Below are positions 40,534 through 48,072 of a stretch of DNA of 64,000 nt, piece after piece. The stretch covers positions 1,454 to 65,453 of the forward strand of contig CAZMYU010000001.1 in assembly GCA_964570655.1 (NCBI GenBank). The letters are read 5' to 3'. Numbering within the stretch: the stretch's first letter is position 1; every line of letters begins with the position of its first letter. This stretch comes from an uncultured Gammaproteobacteria bacterium (lineage in GTDB: Bacteria > Patescibacteriota > Patescibacteriia > Patescibacteriales > UBA12465). A program made the translations under genes and the position numbers. The notes beneath the pieces were generated by a model that was given only the letters and a program-made list of their open reading frames with translations, did no database searches and was not told the origin of the DNA.

Positions 40534-41919
40534 TTATTTTTTATTAATTTTATTAATAGCTCCTCGACTCTGCCGATTAATCCTAGCCACAGTCGAACTA
40601 GCTCGGCGAGATTTAGTATTTTTTTGTTGCATAATTGCCAAATACCAACGCCGATTATACACAATGAAAACCAGCAAAACTAGCACCAGTAAAGCAAACA
40701 GTACAATAATATAGAAATTAAAACTATGCAAAAATGATAAGTTAAGCGCTCGGGCCCTAGTCCCCTCGCTTTGACTTACCCCTGAAACTGGTCGATTAAT
40801 TTCAAATTCAGTAGAAGCTGACACAAAATTTCCGGCCACATCAAAGGCTTTGACGAGCATTTGATGTTTGCCGGTTTTTAGGGCTGGGGTTTGATAAACA
40901 GCCAAACCAATGCTTTTGATCTCCTCAGGCTCTCCGCCATCGATTCTGACCTCAAAATGGTCCAAGCCAGACAAAAGATCACAAGCTCCAAAAGCAAAAT
41001 CTCGTTTATAAGCCACAGCTGTTGAACCAGGGCTTTCTTTGATTTCTAAATTAGAAGGCAAGGTGGCATCAATCTTAATAGGATAATAACTGGCCGGCCC
41101 CCAACCTTTTTTGTTTTTAAAACGCAAATGGAAATACCACAAACCATCATCCACCAAAGTAAATTGCTTGCCAGTCCCCGGACTAGTAAACTCACTGCTC
41201 GGGACAGATGAAGGATCATGATCGAGCGACCAAGAAATGCTAGAAACCCCAGCTGGCAAATCCCAAGTGAATTCTGGGTTGTTATTGTTGTACCACAAAT
41301 TCTGATTACCATGACTTGGCGAAGAAATTTCTGGTGCTCTAGGAATAGAATTGATAGCAATTGTCTCATCAACACTAGTTTCGACAATTTTAGGAGCCTC
41401 GGCCTTAATCCCGGTATCAGGAATAATAATAGTCGAGCCACTCAAGCCCTTGAGCACGTTAGTTCCTTGACCATCATTAGCCAAAACCGCCGCTGAATAA
41501 AAACTAATGTTGGCAGATCCAGCGGCAATCACCTTGAATTTGACACTCAAAACTTTGCCGGCCGAACCCTTATAGCCAGGATTAAAAATTATACCTTCAA
41601 AAGTTACGCGACCCGTCTCATTAGAAAAGGATGGATCCTTGACCCACAATTTTATAATACTCCCGGAATTACTAACACTTACTGCTTGCAATTTATCACT
41701 GGAAAAACTAATTTGGCCAGACACGGCATTGATGGCCGTGTCTCCACTATCCACAATCGCATTTACCGTAAAAGTATCACCAATTTTATAAGAAGCCTTG
41801 CCTGGCGATAAATACAAATCAGCCGCCAAAACTTTAGAAGCTGAAAAAACAAAAAAACCAAAAATTAAACTAGTTAATATTAATAATCCTCTTATTTTTG
41901 TCGTTTTTTCTGACGCCAT
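40534..41919 (-). CDS. cohesin-like domain surface protein with Ig-like 'NNNNPxFxW' domain and C-terminal TM anchor
   Basis: Signal MASEKTTKIRGLLILTSLIFGFFVFSASKVLA. Cohesin-type pattern LYLSPGKASYKIGDTFTVNAIV..AINAVSGQISFSSDKLQAVSV..GRVTFEGIIFNPGYKGSAGKVLSVKFKVIAAGSANISF..VLANDGQGTNVL. Then HGNQNLWYNNNNPEFTW..DGLWYFHLRF, and a C-terminal TM helix IIVLFALLVLVLLVFIV plus a basic tail. Confidence 0.75.
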   Translation of the reverse strand: MASEKTTKIRGLLILTSLIFGFFVFSASKVLAADLYLSPGKASYKIGDTFTVNAIVDSGDTAINAVSGQISFSSDKLQAVSVSNSGSIIKLWVKDPSFSNETGRVTFEGIIFNPGYKGSAGKVLSVKFKVIAAGSANISFYSAAVLANDGQGTNVLKGLSGSTIIIPDTGIKAEAPKIVETSVDETIAINSIPRAPEISSPSHGNQNLWYNNNNPEFTWDLPAGVSSISWSLDHDPSSVPSSEFTSPGTGKQFTLVDDGLWYFHLRFKNKKGWGPASYYPIKIDATLPSNLEIKESPGSTAVAYKRDFAFGACDLLSGLDHFEVRIDGGEPEEIKSIGLAVYQTPALKTGKHQMLVKAFDVAGNFVSASTEFEINRPVSGVSQSEGTRARALNLSFLHSFNFYIIVLFALLVLVLLVFIVYNRRWYLAIMQQKNTKSRRASSTVARINRQSRGAINKINKK

Positions 41920-42818
41920 TTTAATAATAAAATTAATAAAACAAATAAAACTCCTCCTAATATTATACACCAAATAAGCACTTTTTTATAATCCACTAAT
42001 TGTCTCTGATTTTCAGTCGGAGCTAGGTAAGCCAAACGCAAATTGCCAGCCCGGTCAATGGCTCGAACATAAACATAACTGCTTAGAGATTGATCAGTTA
42101 AGACATAAGGGCTAGTAACCGGCTCCCAACCTCGAATAGGCATATCCGCTTCTTGAGCAAAAAAATTTTTAGTTTCCAGTATCTCATAAGTAGCCAGACC
42201 CGATCCCTTATCTTGGGTAGCAAAAGCCACAAACCATTTACCCTGATTGACTCCGTCTTCTTTAACCAACTCCAAAGAAAAAGCTTCGGGTCGATCAATA
42301 TCTTTGATGGCTAGTTGCATTGGAGCTCGATTACCCTGATTCTCTTTAGCTATTAAACTCAAGTTAGCGTTTTTGACCAAGACTTCTTGTCCTTGTCCGT
42401 CATTTTTTAAAATTTGCCAATTTTTGGTTTGGCAAAAAATAGCACCGGACTTGATAACAGTAAAATTCAGAGTCAGAACCAGGCCCTGCGAACCGCTATA
42501 ACCGCCGGGAATAATTCCAGAAAGTTTTAGTAGCCCAGAATTATCAAGGCTCGGGCGTTCCAACCATAAATTGATAATTGACGAAGCATCACTAAAATTA
42601 TCCAAACGCAAAGTTTCTTTAGAATATTCCAAACTGCCAGCCAAAGCGTTGATACTTTCATTATTGGTATCCACCAAAACCCGAAACTCCACTTGATCGC
42701 CAACTATTAAATCCGGAGAACTACTTTTGATATTAAATGTCGCGGCCCAGCTTGAACCCGGCCAAACGATTAGAGCTGCTGAGATTATTAATATTAATAA
42801 AAAATTAATTTTCTTCAT
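41892..42818 (-). CDS. cohesin-like domain surface protein with C-terminal TM anchor (start moved to M8)
   Basis: Signal MKKINFLLILIISAALIVWPGSSWA. Cohesin-type pattern FNIKSSSPDLIVGDQVEFRVLV..INALAGSLEYSKETLRL..LKLSGIIPGGYSGSQGLVLTLNFTVIKSGA..ILKNDGQGQEVL. C-terminal TM helix LIWCIILGGVLFVLLILLL followed by KWRQKKRQK. Confidence 0.75.
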   Translation of the reverse strand: MKKINFLLILIISAALIVWPGSSWAATFNIKSSSPDLIVGDQVEFRVLVDTNNESINALAGSLEYSKETLRLDNFSDASSIINLWLERPSLDNSGLLKLSGIIPGGYSGSQGLVLTLNFTVIKSGAIFCQTKNWQILKNDGQGQEVLVKNANLSLIAKENQGNRAPMQLAIKDIDRPEAFSLELVKEDGVNQGKWFVAFATQDKGSGLATYEILETKNFFAQEADMPIRGWEPVTSPYVLTDQSLSSYVYVRAIDRAGNLRLAYLAPTENQRQLVDYKKVLIWCIILGGVLFVLLILLLKWRQKKRQK

Positions 42819-42826
42819 AAATAAAA

Positions 42827-43879
42827 TTAGCCCCGCCAATAAAAGGCCAAAATACTAAAATCTACCAAATCCACCCGACCGTCGCCATTAAAATCATATT
42901 TGACTGGTGGATTTTCTTTTTTATACCAATAAGCTTCAATGGAAAAATCTACCAAATTGACTCGACCATCACCATTCAAATCCGATTTTAATTCGTTGCT
43001 AGGTTTAGCTTCTTTATTTTGACTACCGACCGCAAAAACCATCGATTCACTATACGGACTAATCTCGCCACTGGCCAAAGTCTTAGATTTGGCCTGATGA
43101 TCGCCTACTTCCAAACTAGCCGTATCTAGGTTATAAAAATAAGCCCCATTTTTGTCCGCCGTAGTTTTCAAAAACAATTGCTGATTAGAATTGACTTGAA
43201 TCTCCACTTGAGCCCCTGGAGTACTTTGACCAAAAATTGCCAAATTATCACCCTGTTTAACTTCCGACTTATCTAATTGAATAGTCGGCGGAATAAAAAT
43301 TCCCGTAATATTAACCGTGGCCCCCGAACTAACAAAAACTGGAAAAGTAAAAAGATTAGAGCGTCGATTGGCTGAGTCTTGGCCATAGACCGCAAAATTA
43401 TAACTACCAGTACTGAGATTACCCAAATTAACACTAAAATTAGCGTCTGGGCCAGCCACAGTAGTGACCGCCATTTGACCATCTTTTAAAACCACCACTT
43501 GGCTGAGTGGATAAGCTCGACCCGAAAAAGAAGCATTGGCCATAACTGGCTGAACATAAATTTGATCACCGCCACCGCCACCACCTCCTCCACCACCACT
43601 AACTGGCGGAGTTACTGGAGGAGTCACAACATCAGATTCATTATTGTCCAAAAAAGAAGCGCAACCTGGGTCGGCCGGATAATCCACCAAAGTATCGCCA
43701 TCGTTATCCAAACCATCATGACAAGCTGGAGCCGGAATAATTTCTATTTTAAATCTGGAACCACTAGCCGCCAGCGCATAAGGTCCAGCCAAAATCAAAA
43801 TACCTAAAACCAAAAAAACGAAGAGATTTTTTATAAATTTCCTATTAATGTTTTTAAAATTTATTTGAAAGCTAAACAT
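42827..43879 (-). CDS. secreted protein with DNDGD/Cys N-terminal motif, poly-Gly linker, Ig-like domains and a C-terminal type-I-like dockerin
   Basis: CHDGLDNDGDTLVDYPADPGC and a GGGGGGGGGG linker. The duplicated dockerin EF-hand-like segment reads DLNGDGRVNLVDFSIEAYW ... DFNGDGRVDLVDFSILAFYW. Confidence 0.75.
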   Translation of the reverse strand: MFSFQINFKNINRKFIKNLFVFLVLGILILAGPYALAASGSRFKIEIIPAPACHDGLDNDGDTLVDYPADPGCASFLDNNESDVVTPPVTPPVSGGGGGGGGGGDQIYVQPVMANASFSGRAYPLSQVVVLKDGQMAVTTVAGPDANFSVNLGNLSTGSYNFAVYGQDSANRRSNLFTFPVFVSSGATVNITGIFIPPTIQLDKSEVKQGDNLAIFGQSTPGAQVEIQVNSNQQLFLKTTADKNGAYFYNLDTASLEVGDHQAKSKTLASGEISPYSESMVFAVGSQNKEAKPSNELKSDLNGDGRVNLVDFSIEAYWYKKENPPVKYDFNGDGRVDLVDFSILAFYWRG

Positions 43880-43884
43880 GAAAA

Positions 43885-44907
43885 TTAATTAGCCACTACG
43901 CTAAGAATCATATTAATAGCATAATTAGTTGGCACTTGCTCTTTGGGAATAGTCTGAGAGACACCAATATTTATCAAATCCCAATAACAACTAGTGCCAG
44001 CCGAACTCCCGGCTGTGATTAGAGTAATATCATTGGTAATGCCTTGAGAAAATCCAGTGGCCGAGCCTTTACTGAGCCCGGTGTTATTGCAACCTGATTT
44101 AGCAATTAGCGTAGCTCCCGATGGATCAATAGTCATTTGGCCACCCCAAGAATCAGGGTCGCTGCCATCATTAGCGTTAGCCGTAGGATCATTAAAATCA
44201 TAATCACCCAAACTAGCGTGCCAAGAGGCCGTGCTAGTTGAAGCGGCCAGACTCAAGGTCCAACGAGAATTACCAGTTGGATTATCAACTCTAATTTTTT
44301 GACTAGCTATACCCAGCACTCCGGTCACAGTTTGATAACTCAAACTAATAGTGGAAGTATTCATAGTGATCGAGGGGCTAGTTACCGCCAGTCCACCAGC
44401 ATCAACAATATCGACCGATAAAGCTCCGGAGGAAGCAGTAGCACAAACCTTGGTACTATAAGTAGCCGGAGCACCGACATGCGAGTTGGTGGTATTATTA
44501 ATAGAAGCCAAGGTAGTATCATAACCGCTACAATTAGAAGACTGATAAGCCACAGTCACACTTCCGGCGCTCACCGACAAACAAGAACTGGTTGAATAAT
44601 TAGAATTGGTATTGGTTTCCACATGGGCATTAGTCGAAGAAGATAAACCCAAAACTTCTTGATAACTACCGCTGCAAGAATTACTTAAACCCAAAACACC
44701 AGTGCAGCACACTAGCTGAGAATAATTGCTTTGGTTGGGAAGTTCGGCATGGGCATTAGTGGAAGAAGACATTTTTAAAACCACCGTGCTGGTGCAGGTG
44801 GTTGAAAGGGTGCAACTGAGAGTTCCGGCTACAGCGATTTTAATAAAAACCGCTACTAAAAACCAAGCCAAAAAACCTAAAAAGAATGTAAAATTTTTGG
44901 GCCGCAT
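43885..44907 (-). CDS. secreted protein: three S-x-T-N-[AS]-H repeats + C-terminal WxL-like domain
   Basis: Repeats SSSTNAHAELPNQSNYSQLVC / SSSTNAHVETNTNSNYSTSSC / NNTTNSHVGAPATYSTKVC. The C-terminal 190 aa are homologous to 47236..47934 (GALSVDIVDAGG.., NSRWTLSLAAS, CYWDLINIGVSQTIPKEQVPTNYAINMILSV). Confidence 0.65.
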   Translation of the reverse strand: MRPKNFTFFLGFLAWFLVAVFIKIAVAGTLSCTLSTTCTSTVVLKMSSSTNAHAELPNQSNYSQLVCCTGVLGLSNSCSGSYQEVLGLSSSTNAHVETNTNSNYSTSSCLSVSAGSVTVAYQSSNCSGYDTTLASINNTTNSHVGAPATYSTKVCATASSGALSVDIVDAGGLAVTSPSITMNTSTISLSYQTVTGVLGIASQKIRVDNPTGNSRWTLSLAASTSTASWHASLGDYDFNDPTANANDGSDPDSWGGQMTIDPSGATLIAKSGCNNTGLSKGSATGFSQGITNDITLITAGSSAGTSCYWDLINIGVSQTIPKEQVPTNYAINMILSVVAN

Positions 44908-44916
44908 ATACTTAAA

Positions 44917-45327
44917 TTACTGTTCTAAAATAGTTAAAATCGGCACCACCTCAACTGTTTTCTCAGCAACAAAATAATCAGAATTTTTAGCATCACTATA
45001 ACTAGAATGCAATGGTTCTTTTAATTCCAAAATACTAAAAACTCCGGGATCATTTACAAAACAAGTGCCATAATGCTGCAAATTATTATCAACTATTAAT
45101 TCCTCGCCACTCATAGCCGCACAAGGGTCGCCATTGGCTGGATAATCTTTTGGCAGAAAAACAGCGAAATAATGATTAGGATTAACATTATCCAAATAAA
45201 CAGGTGCTCCCACATCAACCACTTCAGCTGGCAAATCAAGAGCCTGGACTCTAATTTGTACTCCAAAACCAAAAACAATTACTAGAGCAACTAACCATAA
45301 TGATTTTAAAATATTTTTTGTAGACAT
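44917..45327 (-). CDS. hypothetical small secreted/anchored protein
   Basis: 136 aa. The N-terminus MSTKNILKSLWLVALVIVFGFG resembles the N-terminus of 47236..47934 (MSTKNSLKLASFLAIS). Confidence 0.55.
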   Translation of the reverse strand: MSTKNILKSLWLVALVIVFGFGVQIRVQALDLPAEVVDVGAPVYLDNVNPNHYFAVFLPKDYPANGDPCAAMSGEELIVDNNLQHYGTCFVNDPGVFSILELKEPLHSSYSDAKNSDYFVAEKTVEVVPILTILEQ

Positions 45328-45333
45328 AATATT

Positions 45334-46062
45334 TTAATGCCAGGCCAAATCAAAAGCCCAAGTAATCAGCCCCGAACAGGTACCGGTTTCATTATAAAAT
45401 ATTTGCAAACACTCCCCAGCACTAATATTGACAGCATTAGTGGAATCATCACAAGTCCTCAAGGAACCATTACCCACCACTGAACAAGTTAAGTTCGTAG
45501 CTGTATAAGCACTGGCGCAATCGGTTGATTCCCGTACGGTAAAAGCGCAAGTTGAGCCCGCTGCCGGTGCTGTTGCCAAAAAAGCCCTTAAATTTTTAAT
45601 AGTTACATTAGTTGGGACAATAAACCCATGTTTAGTTGTTACAGTCGTATTACAAGTTACAAAACCAGACGGCATACACACCGCATCAGCCGTAATTGAG
45701 GCGCTCGATTGCCCAGCCCAAATACTCTTGGTTTCAGCTCCGCTAGTCCAGGTACTCCCATTAGAAATCAAAACGGCGCCAGCTGAACCAGCAGAAGTTA
45801 GCCCGGTTCCACCCTCAGCAGTGGTTACGGCTGAATTAGAAGTGAGTACCGTGGCATCGGCATCGGGAAAACTAAAAGTACGACCAGTGCTGGGGCCAGT
45901 GACCAAAAAAGTCCCATCGCCCACCTCCGCCCAACCGTGTCCAGGATTTGGAGTAGTGGCTCCCACAATATTCATTAGAGAAAACGAAATAGCCAAGAGC
46001 AGCAAAATACTTAAAACCAAATTGAAACGACGCGATTTAATTGTCTTGGCGATATTAAACAT
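45334..46062 (-). CDS. hypothetical secreted protein with tail-fibre-like motifs
   Basis: Signal anchor, then PNPGHGWAEVGDGTF, RTFSFPDADATVLT, EGGTGLTS and AVLISNGSTWTSG. Confidence 0.6.
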   Translation of the reverse strand: MFNIAKTIKSRRFNLVLSILLLLAISFSLMNIVGATTPNPGHGWAEVGDGTFLVTGPSTGRTFSFPDADATVLTSNSAVTTAEGGTGLTSAGSAGAVLISNGSTWTSGAETKSIWAGQSSASITADAVCMPSGFVTCNTTVTTKHGFIVPTNVTIKNLRAFLATAPAAGSTCAFTVRESTDCASAYTATNLTCSVVGNGSLRTCDDSTNAVNISAGECLQIFYNETGTCSGLITWAFDLAWH

Positions 46063-46074
46063 AATAAAAATAAT

Positions 46075-47205
46075 TTATTTTTTGGGTGGCACCTTGATCT
46101 CATGACCGGGTCGCAAAATATAGGGAGCTGACAACTTGTTTACCTTGGCCAACAAACTCCACTTTACTCCCAATTCTTTAGCTAGATTCTGGATATCATC
46201 GCCCTCTTTAATATGATAAGTAATCCAGGTTTTATTGATTTGTTTTTTGACCTTCCGCGCCTGACAAATAAGGCGACAGCCATAGATAATCAAAAGTAGA
46301 ATTACTAGTTCAATAAGCCCAGCCCACCATTTTGGACAAACCAGCAGAAAATGATTGGCCGACTTTAGCGAGCTTAGACCTTCACCGCTGTCTTTACCAA
46401 CTACTGACGAAGCGTGTTCATCATATTTAACCACTAATTGAGAATAATACAAGCCCCCCCAGACTGGCTTCTTCAATTCAAAATTCCAATCCGAAGTTTC
46501 ACCCCGCAAAATTGGGAATTGGCCACCACTAGTCGCATATTTCTTACCGAAAAAATAACGAGTCACCACACTCACATCAGTATCAATAGAAACATTGCCA
46601 GTATTTTTAACTTGCGGTTTTAAGATTAATAACTTGGCCTGACGCTCAACCTTGAAACCCAAAATTTCTAACTTTCTAATTAGCTCCCCAGGGATAGTGA
46701 TAACCATCCGGAGTCCAGTGCGCACTGACAAATTGACTCCAGCTTCTTGACCAGCGGCGGCCTTCTTTTCTTGAAACAAAATACAACCATTATGCTCGCC
46801 CACACTAGCATTGCCTGGGACCTTGATCGCAAAAGGCACGAGCACCTTGGAATTAGCCTCGAGGATTACTTCGCTTTTTTCTAGAGCTACCCAAGCGCCC
46901 ACATCGGTCTTGCTATCACCCATTTGTTTGCAAGCAAAAGCCCCACCAGTGGAAGGAGTTGAATCAGTGCTATAGATAAAAACGGTCTTTTTTTCGGAAG
47001 TATTATTAATTACATAAACCCCATCTTTTTTGACTTCACCAGGGTTTAGAGTATGGACAAAAATCGATTGAGTCCGAGAATTATCAGCTTGCGGATAAGC
47101 CGGCCGACCACCTAGCCCACCGTACTCAATAGCTGACGCCTGACTAGCTACCAAAAACAAACCTAAAGCCAGAAAAGCCAAACCAGCCTTATTAATTTTT
47201 TTCAT
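46075..47205 (-). CDS. DUF916/WxL-interacting-protein-like surface protein with TM helix and C-terminal LysM domain
   Basis: Signal MKKINKAGLAFLALGLFLVASQASA. GRPAYPQADNSRTQSIFVHTLNPGEVKKDGVYVINNTSEKKTVFIYSTDSTPSTGGAF matches the DUF916 pattern as I remember it. TM helix WWAGLIELVILLLIIYGCRLI. LysM ITYHIKEGDDIQNLAKELGVKWSLLAKVNKLSAPYILRPGHEIKVP. Confidence 0.7.
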   Translation of the reverse strand: MKKINKAGLAFLALGLFLVASQASAIEYGGLGGRPAYPQADNSRTQSIFVHTLNPGEVKKDGVYVINNTSEKKTVFIYSTDSTPSTGGAFACKQMGDSKTDVGAWVALEKSEVILEANSKVLVPFAIKVPGNASVGEHNGCILFQEKKAAAGQEAGVNLSVRTGLRMVITIPGELIRKLEILGFKVERQAKLLILKPQVKNTGNVSIDTDVSVVTRYFFGKKYATSGGQFPILRGETSDWNFELKKPVWGGLYYSQLVVKYDEHASSVVGKDSGEGLSSLKSANHFLLVCPKWWAGLIELVILLLIIYGCRLICQARKVKKQINKTWITYHIKEGDDIQNLAKELGVKWSLLAKVNKLSAPYILRPGHEIKVPPKK

Positions 47206-47235
47206 AATTTTAAAGGTAATTAAAAATTACTTTTT

Positions 47236-47934
47236 TTATAAAGCAATAACCGACAAGGTCAGGCTTATGCTATAATCGCTAGCCGCAGCTTGTTCGGCAG
47301 GGATTTTTTGACCAACTGATACACCCCGCAAGGTCCAGTCGCCAATATCACTAGAACCAGCTGCTGCTGATAGCAAAGTAATGCTATCAACCGTACCCTC
47401 ATTAAAGCCAGCCGAAGATCCTTTGGAAACATTAGTGGTAGCACAATTAACCGTGCAAGCACCATTGGCCAAAGTAGAAACCGACGGGTCAACAGTTAAT
47501 TGTCCCTTCAAACTATCGGCATCAGCTCCATCAGCACAACCAGAGGTCGTAGGATCATTAAAATCAAAATCACTATTAGCGGAAGCACTATGCCAATAAG
47601 CCGTGGTCGAAGAAGCAGCCAAGCTCAGGGTCCAGCCATTATTAGCGGCTCCTAAGTTTTTGACATAAATCTGCTGAGTGCTAGAACCAAAGGTGCCAGT
47701 AGAATTCTGACAAGAAAAACTAGTGGCTACCGCCGACATATTAATTGATGGACTAGTCACTGGAGCGTAACTACCATCAACAATGTCCACCGACAAAGTT
47801 CCGGCATTAATAGTTTGGGCAAACTGGGAAGTGGCCGAGGCCAAGGCGTAGCTAACGCCGCCTAAGGCAAAACCAAAAACCAGAGTGCTAATCGCTAGAA
47901 AACTAGCAAGTTTTAGACTGTTTTTTGTGCTCAT
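47236..47934 (-). CDS. WxL-like domain secreted protein, first gene of the operon
   Basis: Signal ..FALGGVSYALA. Motifs INAGTLSVDIV, YVKNLGAANNGWTLSLAAS, LKGQLTVDPS and DWTLRGVSVGQKIPAEQAAASDYSISLTLSV give two W-x-L motifs in a WxL-type layout. Confidence 0.65.
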   Translation of the reverse strand: MSTKNSLKLASFLAISTLVFGFALGGVSYALASATSQFAQTINAGTLSVDIVDGSYAPVTSPSINMSAVATSFSCQNSTGTFGSSTQQIYVKNLGAANNGWTLSLAASSTTAYWHSASANSDFDFNDPTTSGCADGADADSLKGQLTVDPSVSTLANGACTVNCATTNVSKGSSAGFNEGTVDSITLLSAAAGSSDIGDWTLRGVSVGQKIPAEQAAASDYSISLTLSVIAL

Positions 47935-48072
47935 AATTTTAAAGTTATTAGAATTTTAATAATTAATCTCTACCTAAATTATAACATAGGCCCTAGGAAA
48001 CGTAAAACCGACCAAAATAATTTGTAAAAATTGTAAAGGTGGTTTATAATAAGCTTAATACTATCAATTAAC

